Shown one piece after another: positions 55,265-63,727 of a stretch of 64,000 nucleotides of DNA; position 1 is the stretch's first letter, and every line of letters begins with the position of its first letter. The stretch comes from Candidatus Solibacter sp. Lineage in GTDB: Bacteria > Acidobacteriota > Terriglobia > Bryobacterales > Bryobacteraceae. Made by a program: the position numbers and the translations under genes. The notes under the pieces were generated by a model. That model was not told where the DNA came from, did not search any database, and saw nothing but the letters and a program-made list of their open reading frames with translations. The stretch covers positions 13,315 through 77,314 of the forward strand of contig JANYAH010000083.1 of NCBI GenBank assembly GCA_025361425.1, read 5' to 3'.

Positions 55265-55368
55265 ACGGGTGGAGAAACTCCAGACTGCTCATGAACTTTG
55301 CTGTCCCATAAGCAGCGCGTGCATTCCCGCCGGGCTGGCGGCCTGCTCCACTGAGCCGCGCAGATAAC

Positions 55369-57411
55369 TTACTGCACCGGGATCGTCACCGAGTTGGAGT
55401 TGACTCCGCCCTGCCTCAGCACGATCGGGGCGTCGCCGGCGAGGCCGGAAGGGACGGTGATCGCGACCTGATACAGGCCGGCGAAACCGGGCGAGGCGAT
55501 GGAGTAAACAACCGTCGCGGGTTGTCCGCTAATGGTCGCAGTCACCGGGGCGGTGGTGTTGGAGATAACCGTTGGCGGAACCAAGGTGCCGGTGGGTTGC
55601 GTCGTAGAGGTCGCTCCCAGGCCGGTGCAATAGACCAGGATGATGTCGCCGGCGCGGGCGGCATTTCCCGGCCCGACCAGGCTGAAATCGGCGTTCTTGA
55701 GGACTGCCGCCGTGGGTGCGAAGAAGATGGCGGGCGCGTTGGCGGCTACGGTGACGTTGAACGAGGCGCTGGGCCCGACGGTGTTCTTCACGACGACTGG
55801 TTGCTGCCCCGCCGGCACGTCCACCGGGACCTGCGCGTTGATCTGTCCGGGTCCCATGTAGAGGATGGCGGCGTTCTTGCCACCGATGGTCACGGAGGTT
55901 CCGTTCAACGTAGAGGGCAGCACGCGGCCCGCCCACCCGCTGAGGCCGGTGGCCACCTTGACCAGGTTGCTCCCGAAGATGGAGATCAGGCCGCCGGGAG
56001 CCACCGTGGTGGCGTTCTTATCCAGGTTGGCGGAGATGGCGCCGCCAATGGTGGGCGACGCGCTCACGATGGGGGCGAGTTGGGCGCGCGCGCTGCCCGC
56101 CGGATCGGTGCTGGTATGGATGTTGGCGTAGTGATTCTCTGGATTGCTCACGATGTCGTTCAGGGTCGCGAGCGTGAGCAGTCCGGGGGTCCAATTGTAG
56201 TAGTTGCCGAAGCCGGTATCGCTCGAAAAATTCGCATCGTAGGTGGGGACCATCGGGATCGAGATGGGGCCGTTGGCGCCCTTGCCGGCGTCATGGATGT
56301 GCAGGCCGGTGAAGTTGGCGGGGCCGGACATACGGTAGTTCACGTCGAAGAAAACGGTACCGGCCGCCACCGAGCCATCCTCGTTACGCAGCGTGCGCAC
56401 GGTGATCGTGGACGGCGCCGTGCCCTTGTTATTGACCGTGCCGGTCTCATTGGCTGAATCGAGCGTGATCGGGAAGGTCATTCTATCGGTGGTTCGCAAT
56501 TGCGCGCGCATGATGCCACCGCCGTGCGCGTTGGTGTGAATGTTGATGTAGGTCGCCTGCGGGTTCGAAAATAAGAGAAGAAACGTGGATACCTGGGCTA
56601 CGTTGGTAGTGTCGATCTCCGTGTAGTAGGGCCCGGCCACGCCGTTGCCGCTGGGGTCGACAAGCGTGCTGCTGGGGATCCCGCTGTTGATGACCACGGG
56701 GCCGTTGACGCCGGCCACTCCGAGATGAATGTGTAGGCCCGTGAAGTTGTTGGAATCGCCGATACGATAGTTGACGGATTGATAGGTCACGCCGGTGGCG
56801 AGTCCGCCATTGGCGTCGAAGGTTGCGAGCGCGACCACCAAGCCCATGCCGCTGGCGGACGGGGTCACCGCGGGTACCTCGTTATCGGAGCTCATGACGC
56901 CCATCAGCACGGTGCCGGTGGCCTTCTGCAACTGGCCGCGGATGATGCCTCCAGGAAAATCGGTGGTGTGGATGTTCACGTAAAACTGGGTGGGGTCGGT
57001 GAACAGACCGCGCAGCGCGGCGAGGGCGGCAGCGTTCGTGCCGTCGATTTGGGCGGGACGGTGGACGCTATCTCCGCCGGCCTTGATCGCCTGATTCGCG
57101 GCGGCGCTGAGACCGGTGTTGATGACCACGGGGCCGGCCACGGTGGGTCCGCCGGAGTGGATGTGGAGGCCGGTAGCCGTGTTATCGGTGGGCAGAGTGA
57201 CGCGGACCAGAAAATCGACGGTTCCGCTGACGATTTGGCCGGAGCTGTCGCGGACCACGTGGGCGACCATGTCGGCCATCCCCTTGCCGTTGACGTTGAC
57301 GGCGGGTACTTCGTTGGCCGGGAGCATAACCGCCCGGAAGTAGGCGATGTCGGCGGTCTGCGCAAGCAGCGACGCGGAAAAGAGCAAAAGACAGACTGGC
57401 AGTTTCCTCAT
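55369..57411 (-). CDS. secreted protein with three tandem CHRD domains plus Solibacter-type C-terminal domain
   Basis: Signal peptide MRKLPVCLLLFSASLLAQ. There are three ~130-aa units of the form ANEVPAV...TGLHIH.G..G.NGPVVIN...Y(V/I/A)NIHT...G(I/S).R(G/A)QL (CHRD pattern). The C-terminus is APGGLISIFGSNL...GPGQINAQVP...NAPAIFF...YCTGLGAT...GFAGLYQVAITVP. Confidence 0.8.
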   Translation of the reverse strand: MRKLPVCLLLFSASLLAQTADIAYFRAVMLPANEVPAVNVNGKGMADMVAHVVRDSSGQIVSGTVDFLVRVTLPTDNTATGLHIHSGGPTVAGPVVINTGLSAAANQAIKAGGDSVHRPAQIDGTNAAALAALRGLFTDPTQFYVNIHTTDFPGGIIRGQLQKATGTVLMGVMSSDNEVPAVTPSASGMGLVVALATFDANGGLATGVTYQSVNYRIGDSNNFTGLHIHLGVAGVNGPVVINSGIPSSTLVDPSGNGVAGPYYTEIDTTNVAQVSTFLLLFSNPQATYINIHTNAHGGGIMRAQLRTTDRMTFPITLDSANETGTVNNKGTAPSTITVRTLRNEDGSVAAGTVFFDVNYRMSGPANFTGLHIHDAGKGANGPISIPMVPTYDANFSSDTGFGNYYNWTPGLLTLATLNDIVSNPENHYANIHTSTDPAGSARAQLAPIVSASPTIGGAISANLDKNATTVAPGGLISIFGSNLVKVATGLSGWAGRVLPSTLNGTSVTIGGKNAAILYMGPGQINAQVPVDVPAGQQPVVVKNTVGPSASFNVTVAANAPAIFFAPTAAVLKNADFSLVGPGNAARAGDIILVYCTGLGATSTTQPTGTLVPPTVISNTTAPVTATISGQPATVVYSIASPGFAGLYQVAITVPSGLAGDAPIVLRQGGVNSNSVTIPVQ

Positions 57412-57483
57412 AATGTCCAAAGAATACAGCAAACCTGTGTAGAGATTCCGCGCGGATTGCAGAGTTTACACGACTTACGGGAG

Positions 57484-57512
57484 TTAAACGTGGTGAGCGC
57501 ACATTCTATAAT
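57484..57512 (+). promoter_or_regulatory. near-consensus sigma-70 promoter (TTAAAC-17 nt-TATAAT), 6 nt from ATG 57519 (leaderless-type)
   Basis: Read directly as ttaaac-gtggtgagcgcacattc-tataat-ggcttt-ATG. Confidence 0.5.
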
Positions 57513-57518
57513 GGCTTT

Positions 57519-57950
57519 ATGTTCTTTCGTCGAGCGCGCGTGCTGAATCCCAGTTTTCAGGAACGGGTGAGTACTCTAGAGGGCGCCGGCTTCACGGTGA
57601 CTGCGCAGGCGGGCGGCACAATCCGGGTGAGCCGCGGGGATTGCGCGGTGGACCTGAAGGAAGCCAACGGGGCGCTCCAGGTGGAGGATCGCGCGGGCGT
57701 GGCGATGGCCGGCGAGATTGCGGTGCTGGTGGACGGCGGATTCCAGAAATTCTTCCGCGCGCCCAGCGGGAAGAAGAAGCCGGCGCTGGCGGATGAACTC
57801 AAGGCGCTGCACGCTTTCGAAGCCGACCTCAAGGAAAGGCTCGGGCTCAAGAGCCTGTATAACGAAGGGCTGGGGACCGTCTCCACGCTCTACCAGTACG
57901 ACCGCGTGAAGGATCGCGACCGCGGCGTCCCCAAGCGCATCTGGGAATAG
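57519..57950 (+). CDS. hypothetical protein (143 aa)
   Basis: ORF with good coding look (MFFRRARVLNPSFQERVSTLEGAGFTV...LYQYDRVKDRDRGVPKRIWE) and its own strong promoter. I recognise no domain. Confidence 0.6.
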   Translation: MFFRRARVLNPSFQERVSTLEGAGFTVTAQAGGTIRVSRGDCAVDLKEANGALQVEDRAGVAMAGEIAVLVDGGFQKFFRAPSGKKKPALADELKALHAFEADLKERLGLKSLYNEGLGTVSTLYQYDRVKDRDRGVPKRIWE

Positions 57951-57965
57951 GCGGAGCCTTCCCCT

Positions 57966-59471
57966 CTACTTCTTGACGGACGGAGCGGCTGGCGCCGACT
58001 GTTTGCGGACCTGCTCGAAGTACTGCTGCACGTAGGGTTGTAGCGCCACGGGGACTTCGTCGCGGCTGATTTCGGCGCCCCCCTGGGTGTGCTGCGCGCT
58101 CTTTTGCGCATAGGGCGTGCGCAGTTGCTGATTGGTGGTCTGCACTTCCACCGTGGCTTCGCCGCTGATGGTGGCGGAGCGCTTGCCCAGAATCTCGCTG
58201 ATCTTGCCCATGGCGGCGAGTTGCTCGGCGTTGCGGATGCCCTTATCGCCATCCTGGCTACCGATGCCGCTGCCGGGCTGCTTGCTGGACTGCTCGGAAT
58301 CGCTCTTGCCCTGACCCTTCCCCTGCTGCGCGTTCTCGGAATTCTTGGCTTCCTGGCCGTCCTCACCTTCCTGCCCATCCCCCTGCTGGCTGCCGTTCCG
58401 CGGTTGGCCATCCTTGCCGTTTTGCTGAGCGCCTTGCCGCGGCTTGCCTTGCGCGGACTTCTGGTCCTTGCCCTGTTGCGCCGAGCTTTGCTGGTTCTGC
58501 TGAGGTTTGGCTTTGGAGAGCAGATTTTGGAAGGCGTCCTTCATCTTGCTCATCAGGCTGGAACTTTCACTGGCGTTCTTGGGGTCCTGCTTCTCGCCGT
58601 TCGGCGGTTTCTCGCCCTTCCCGCCTTGGCTGTCGCCCTGCTGGCCGTTCTGGCTCTCTTCGCCGTTCTTTCCCGAGGCGGATGCGCCCTCGGAATCGGC
58701 ATCGTCGGAGGCCATTTCGTTGTCGCTCTGCTCGCCGGGTTTCGGGACGGAGAAGGACTTGGCATCCATCTTGGCGATGGCGTCGGATTGGGCATCGCCG
58801 GGGGTCTGAACTTCCTGGTTGAGGTCCTGCTGGCCGGCGTTCTCCCGATCCTGATTCGCGGCGCTGCTGCCGTCGTCGGGCGTTTCGGGAGTCTGCTTGG
58901 CGTTGCGGCGCGCGTTGTTGGCTTGGTGGACAAGCTTGCCGCCGGTGAGCGATTCGGGCAGGAAACTGGCCAGAGGCTGCTTCAGGTCGAGACGGCGGGA
59001 AAGGCCGTAGCGCAGCGCAAACAGGCTGCCGGCCACCATCGCCAGGGCGGCCATCAGATAGACGGCGCGCGGCATGGCGTAGGGCACGGCGCGGCGCACA
59101 TCGACGGATTGGGCGAGGCGGCCGGCCTCCTCAAACTGAGCGCGCCGGATATCGGGAGACACGCGCGCGCCGGGGTCGACTTGGCTGAAAAAGAGCGCGG
59201 TGGAGAGGTTGTCGGCAAGCCCGAGGCGCTGGTCGATAAGTTGGGCCACGGCGTAGGGCGACGGCAAATGCCGCTTCACACGGTAGATTCCGAAAGCGGC
59301 TGCGGCAAGGGGAATGGCGAGCGCCACCGGCCAGCTGAGAATCTGGGTACCAACGAGCAGTAACAGAATGAAGGAGACGAGCGCGGCACTGCCGGCATTC
59401 ACCCCCTGGGTGAAGAGTTGGTTGCTTAGAATACGGCGCCTTGCCTGACGGACCAGATTTCCCACAGTCAT
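57966..59471 (-). CDS. membrane protein with long Q/G/K/D/S-rich low-complexity region (DUF4175-like)
   Basis: The N-terminus has 2 TM helices plus LIDQRLGLADNLSTALFF, like the DUF4175 N-terminus from memory. The middle ~200 aa are NGQQGDSQGGKGEKPPNGEKQD...QGKGQGKSDSEQ. The conserved tail is ISRDEVPVALQPYVQQYFEQV. Confidence 0.7.
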   Translation of the reverse strand: MTVGNLVRQARRRILSNQLFTQGVNAGSAALVSFILLLLVGTQILSWPVALAIPLAAAAFGIYRVKRHLPSPYAVAQLIDQRLGLADNLSTALFFSQVDPGARVSPDIRRAQFEEAGRLAQSVDVRRAVPYAMPRAVYLMAALAMVAGSLFALRYGLSRRLDLKQPLASFLPESLTGGKLVHQANNARRNAKQTPETPDDGSSAANQDRENAGQQDLNQEVQTPGDAQSDAIAKMDAKSFSVPKPGEQSDNEMASDDADSEGASASGKNGEESQNGQQGDSQGGKGEKPPNGEKQDPKNASESSSLMSKMKDAFQNLLSKAKPQQNQQSSAQQGKDQKSAQGKPRQGAQQNGKDGQPRNGSQQGDGQEGEDGQEAKNSENAQQGKGQGKSDSEQSSKQPGSGIGSQDGDKGIRNAEQLAAMGKISEILGKRSATISGEATVEVQTTNQQLRTPYAQKSAQHTQGGAEISRDEVPVALQPYVQQYFEQVRKQSAPAAPSVKK

Positions 59472-59622
59472 TCCTCGGACGATTGCGTATGATTTCGCGG
59501 GGCGATGTTGTCCCGAAATGCTGAAATTACCTTAATCTTATCATTATCCCTCTCGCACGACGGCCTGCCGTTTCGGGCGTAAGATGGAATAGGACGGCCC
59601 GCTTCCGGGTAGGAGCCTCTCT

Positions 59623-61047
59623 TTGAACCAACGGCTGAAAGTTCTGATTGTAGATGACGAATCGAGCCAGCGCTCCGGCTTGGCGGCGATGGTATCGGCG
59701 TGGGGCATGACGCCTGAAACAGCGGCCGAGGGCAACGAAGCGCTGGCAAAGCTCAGCGAGTTTGCCGCCGATGTGATTCTGACCGATCTGAACATGCCCG
59801 GCTTGGACGGCTTCGGATTTTTACAGCGTCTGCGCGAAGGCGGCGACATGCCGCCGACCATTGTGCTGACGGCCTACGGGAACCTCGAGACCGCCGTGAA
59901 GACGGTGCACGAACTGGGGGCGTACTGGTTCCTGGAGAAGCCGATTCAACCCTCCTCGCTGGAGGTGCTGATCCGTCGCGCGGGCTCACACGCGGGGCTG
60001 CGCGCCGAGAAGCGCTTGCTGGAGCGCAACCTGGTTTATAAGGGATCGCTTGGTGAAATGGTGGGCATGGCGCCGCGGATGCAGGAGATTTTTGCGCTCT
60101 TGCAGCAAGCGGGGCCGAGCAAGGCGTGCGTGCTGATCACCGGCGAGAGCGGCACGGGCAAGGAACTGGTGGCGCGGACGCTGCATGCGCTGAGCCCGCG
60201 GCGGCAGGGGCCGTTCGTGGCGATTAACTGTGCGGCGCTGCCGGAGACGCTGATCGAAAGCGAACTGTTCGGGCACGAAAAGGGGTCGTTCACGGGAGCC
60301 ACCGAACGGCGCGCGGGATGTTTCGAAGTGGCGCAGCACGGGACGCTGCTGTTGGACGAGATCGGCGAGATGCCGTTGCTGACGCAGGCCAAGCTGCTGC
60401 GCATTCTGGAGGATTCCAAAGTACGGCGGTTGGGCGGACGGGCCGAGTTTGAGGTCGATGTGCGGGTAGTGGCGGCGACCAACAAGGCGCCGGAGGAAGC
60501 GGTCAGCGGCGGGCATCTGCGCGAGGACCTTTTCTACCGGCTGAACGTATTCCACGTGCATCTGCCTCCGCTGCGCGAGCGCAAGGAAGACATCCCCGCG
60601 ATGGTGGAGACGCTGATCGGGGACATGAACCGCAAGCACGAGTGCCGGGTCACGGAGGTCTCGGCGGAGGTGCTGGAATCGCTCGGACGGCACAACTGGC
60701 CGGGGAATGTGCGCGAACTGCGCAACGTGCTGGAGCGCGCGGTGATTCTGGCGGGCGAAGGAACCATTGAGGTGAAGAATCTGCCGGCGTTCCTGCGAGA
60801 CCGGCCTGCCCTGGCGGGGGGTCTAGCCGGGGCCGCCGCGCCGGCTGCGGCGGCGGACGACGCGGATGCGGTGAAGTTTCAAATCGGCACCACGGTGGAA
60901 GAGGCGGAAAAGGGGCTAATTCTGCGCACACTGGAGCACACGCGGAATAACAAGACGCGGGCGGCGGAGATTCTGGGGATTAGCCTAAAGACCTTACACA
61001 ATAAGTTGAAAGAGTACGGGTCGAAACAATTGGGAATCGGGGCATAA
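59623..61047 (+). CDS. sigma-54-dependent response regulator (NtrC family: REC plus AAA+ plus Fis HTH)
   Basis: TTG start preceded by AGGAG at 7 nt. REC domain: VLIVDDE...ILTDLNMPGLDG. AAA+ domain: GESGTGKE, GSFTGA (a GAFTGA variant), LLLDEIGEM. HTH: NNKTRAAEILGISLKTLHNKLKEYG. Confidence 0.9.
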   Translation: MNQRLKVLIVDDESSQRSGLAAMVSAWGMTPETAAEGNEALAKLSEFAADVILTDLNMPGLDGFGFLQRLREGGDMPPTIVLTAYGNLETAVKTVHELGAYWFLEKPIQPSSLEVLIRRAGSHAGLRAEKRLLERNLVYKGSLGEMVGMAPRMQEIFALLQQAGPSKACVLITGESGTGKELVARTLHALSPRRQGPFVAINCAALPETLIESELFGHEKGSFTGATERRAGCFEVAQHGTLLLDEIGEMPLLTQAKLLRILEDSKVRRLGGRAEFEVDVRVVAATNKAPEEAVSGGHLREDLFYRLNVFHVHLPPLRERKEDIPAMVETLIGDMNRKHECRVTEVSAEVLESLGRHNWPGNVRELRNVLERAVILAGEGTIEVKNLPAFLRDRPALAGGLAGAAAPAAAADDADAVKFQIGTTVEEAEKGLILRTLEHTRNNKTRAAEILGISLKTLHNKLKEYGSKQLGIGA

Positions 61048-61085
61048 GTAAGCTTGACCCCGGTGGCGACCGCTGCCGTCGCGGC

Positions 61086-61817
61086 CTACCTGCCGGTGTG
61101 CAAGTTGTTGTGAATGGCGTATAGCGCCAGTTCCAGGCGGTCGGAAACGCCGAGCTTGTCGAAAATGTTGTGCAAGTGGTTCTTCACCGTCTGCTCGCTG
61201 ATGAACATTTTTTCGGCCATTTCCTTGTTTTTGAAGCCCTGGGCCACCAGCGCCACTATTTCGCGCTCGCGCTGGCTGAGGGGGGAACGCTCGCGCTCGC
61301 GGACAGGCGGCGGGGGGGGGAAAGACCGCGCGGGAGCTTCTTCGTTGGCGACAAACTGGCGGATGACGGCGGCGGTGGTGTGGGAATCGAGCCAGATTTC
61401 GCCGGCGTGGACTTTACGGATACTCTTGATGAGTAATTCCGTAGCGGTCTGTTTCAAAACAATCCCGGAGGTCCCCAATTTCATTGCCTGAACAAATTCA
61501 TTCTTATCGTCGGAAGCGGTGAGAACAATCACACGGGTTTTGTTTTTGGCGATCTGGAGACGCTGCAAAGTGGCCAAGCCGTCCAGGCCGGGCATCTTCA
61601 AGTCGAGCAGGAGAATATCGGGCTCGTGCTGTTGCAGGACATCCAGCACCTGGCGACCGTCCTCGGCTTGAGCGACCACTTCGAAATCTTCTTCCAAGGC
61701 AAGTAGACGGCATAGTCCATCGCGGAAAATCGGATGATCGTCAGCCACCACGATCCGGATCTTGGACGGCGTTCCCAAGCCGGAAGGTCCATTTGTACCC
61801 GTACTGTTCTCAGACAT
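61086..61817 (-). CDS. NarL/FixJ-type response regulator (REC plus LuxR HTH)
   Basis: IRIVVADDHPIFRDGL...ILLLDLKMPGLDG...VIVLTASDD. The C-terminus is LSQREREIVALVAQGFKNKEMAEKMFISEQTVKNHLHNIFDKLGVSDRLELALYA. Confidence 0.9.
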   Translation of the reverse strand: MSENSTGTNGPSGLGTPSKIRIVVADDHPIFRDGLCRLLALEEDFEVVAQAEDGRQVLDVLQQHEPDILLLDLKMPGLDGLATLQRLQIAKNKTRVIVLTASDDKNEFVQAMKLGTSGIVLKQTATELLIKSIRKVHAGEIWLDSHTTAAVIRQFVANEEAPARSFPPPPPVRERERSPLSQREREIVALVAQGFKNKEMAEKMFISEQTVKNHLHNIFDKLGVSDRLELALYAIHNNLHTGR

Positions 61818-62040
61818 ATACTATCCGTCCGTAATTGTAGAGTTCTAATAGTACCAAGTCCAACGATAGGACGGGGTAGCCGGGGTCTGAATACTGAAAA
61901 CCGCGCATTCACCAGCTTGGAACTCACCCGTGAAACCCCTGGATTGCCTGCTCCGATCATTGTAGCCTAAAGCGGTAGGATTTTGGCTTCCGGGGGACCG
62001 TTCACGAATGGGAGCCCGGCTTTGATAAGGTTAGAGGACT

Positions 62041-62859
62041 ATGAGCGAAGAATTGGGCGAAGTTGATTTTCAACGGTTTTGGCGACGCCTGCAACAGCTT
62101 GGGCTCAATGCTTACGAGTCGCGGTCGTACCTCGTGCTGCTGGGCCATCCGAAGTTCAAGGCGCTTGAACTGGCAGCCCGGGCCCACGTGCCGCGGCAGA
62201 AGATTTATGAAGTGCTGGATAGCCTGGTGGAAAAGGGCTTCGCACAGGTAGTCCAGGAGAAGACGAAGCTCTTCTCGGCGGTGGAACCCAGCCTGGCGAT
62301 TCCCGGATATCTGGCTCGCAAGCGGCAGGTTCTGGAACAGGAACTCACCGACGACGGACGCGCCGGCGGAGCGCTGATCGACGACCTGAAATCGCTCTAC
62401 GCCGAAGGTCAAGGCGGACGCGGCACGCTGGATTTCCTGCGCATTGTGACCGAACCGGCGCAAACCGGAGCTGAGTACCGCCGCATGCTGATGGAAGTGA
62501 AACACGAGTATCTGGAGTTTTCCCGGCCTCCCTACGCGGTGGATCCGTTGGACGAAAAGCTGGTAAAGCAGGCCGGCCTGAGCGGTGTGGTGTGCCGGTT
62601 GCTGTTGGAATCGGTGTCGTTGGACACCACCCACCGGCAGCGGCTGGTGGAATACGTGGAAAGCGGGGTACAGGTGCGGATTGCGGAATCGCTGCCCATG
62701 AAGCTCGCCGTGTTCGACGGGCAGAACGGGATGCTGGCGCTGCTGGACCCGGTGATCACGCGCCCCACGTGGACGGCCGTGGTATTCCAGCACGAAGGGA
62801 TGGGCGAGGCGATGAAGGCGCTGTTCGAGGAGCGGTGGCGGCGCGGGACGGATCTATAA
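62041..62859 (+). CDS. TrmB family transcriptional regulator
   Basis: N-terminal winged helix LGLNAYESRSYLVLLGHPKFKALELAARAHVPRQKIYEVLDSLVEKGF, typical of TrmB. The C-terminal effector-like domain is ~170 aa. Confidence 0.75.
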   Translation: MSEELGEVDFQRFWRRLQQLGLNAYESRSYLVLLGHPKFKALELAARAHVPRQKIYEVLDSLVEKGFAQVVQEKTKLFSAVEPSLAIPGYLARKRQVLEQELTDDGRAGGALIDDLKSLYAEGQGGRGTLDFLRIVTEPAQTGAEYRRMLMEVKHEYLEFSRPPYAVDPLDEKLVKQAGLSGVVCRLLLESVSLDTTHRQRLVEYVESGVQVRIAESLPMKLAVFDGQNGMLALLDPVITRPTWTAVVFQHEGMGEAMKALFEERWRRGTDL

Positions 62860-62953
62860 GTGGGACAGGCCTCCGGGCATCTCGGCGGCGATTAGGTATA
62901 GCGTAACGGCAGGCGGACCCAGAAAAACACCCGGGCCTGACCTACAGGGTGGG

Positions 62954-63727
62954 TTACGGCTCGAACCGGAGGCAGGCGCGGCCCAGATAGATCTCATCGC
63001 CGGGGCGCAGTTTTTCGCCGCGGCGATTGCCGGCGGGTACTTCGATGGAGCGGCCTTCGCGGAAGACGCGGGTGCCGAATTCGCTGCCATCGTCGCAGAG
63101 GCGGTAGTCGGCGGCGTCCAGCCGTATGTGCGCGTGCTTGCGGGACACGGTGGCGTTAACCTCGTCGGCGCCTTCTTCGAAGACCACATCGTTGCGGCGC
63201 ACCACACGATGGTCGGCGTCGGTCAATTCGACCAAGCGGCCGATGTTGGTCCGGCTCCTTTCCAGCGTGTACTCGGGTTTCTCCGTCTTCCCTTTGACAA
63301 GGATCACGCGTCCGGTTGCGGGCAAGGCAACGGGCGCAGCCTGGGTCTTCACGGGCTCCAGGGAATACGCAATCTCAAACGCACGCAATCCGGCTTCGGC
63401 GGTGCGCACTTCGACGGAAAATCCGCGCGGCAGTTCGCACTCACTGCCTTCCATTGCCTCCCGGATGTCGGCACCGAGACGGTCACCGAAGGCGGCTTGC
63501 AGGATGGTGCGGCGCTCGGCTTCGGCGGACACCAGGGTCACCAAGACGCGCGCAAACGGGAACACGCGGCGCCCGCGGGCGACAACCTGGACCTTGCCTT
63601 CGACCTCCGCCAGAATGGCGCGATGCAGCAGCAGCAATTCGTTAGAATCGGCCGGGCCGAACATGCGCTCCGCGAAGCGATGGAACCCGCGCTCGATGGT
63701 TTTCTCGATTTCCGAAAAAAGGCTCAT
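62954..63727 (-). CDS. FhaA-like protein (DUF3662 N-terminal domain plus C-terminal FHA domain)
   Basis: MSLFSEIEKTIERGFHRFAERMFGP...ELLLLHRAILAEVE (FhaA_N pattern). The C-terminal FHA domain is TNIGR...VSRKHAHIRL...LCDDGSEFGTRV. ATGA overlap with the upstream PBP stop. Confidence 0.8.
   Translation of the reverse strand: MSLFSEIEKTIERGFHRFAERMFGPADSNELLLLHRAILAEVEGKVQVVARGRRVFPFARVLVTLVSAEAERRTILQAAFGDRLGADIREAMEGSECELPRGFSVEVRTAEAGLRAFEIAYSLEPVKTQAAPVALPATGRVILVKGKTEKPEYTLERSRTNIGRLVELTDADHRVVRRNDVVFEEGADEVNATVSRKHAHIRLDAADYRLCDDGSEFGTRVFREGRSIEVPAGNRRGEKLRPGDEIYLGRACLRFEP

Noticed and set aside
61312-61320. The G9/C9 homopolymer as a phase-variation switch in the NarL-type regulator.
   Set aside because: It encodes an in-frame poly-Pro linker. 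A few runs of this length are expected by chance in 64 kb of GC-rich DNA (rough estimate). I have no evidence of length variation, so it is kept only as a side note.
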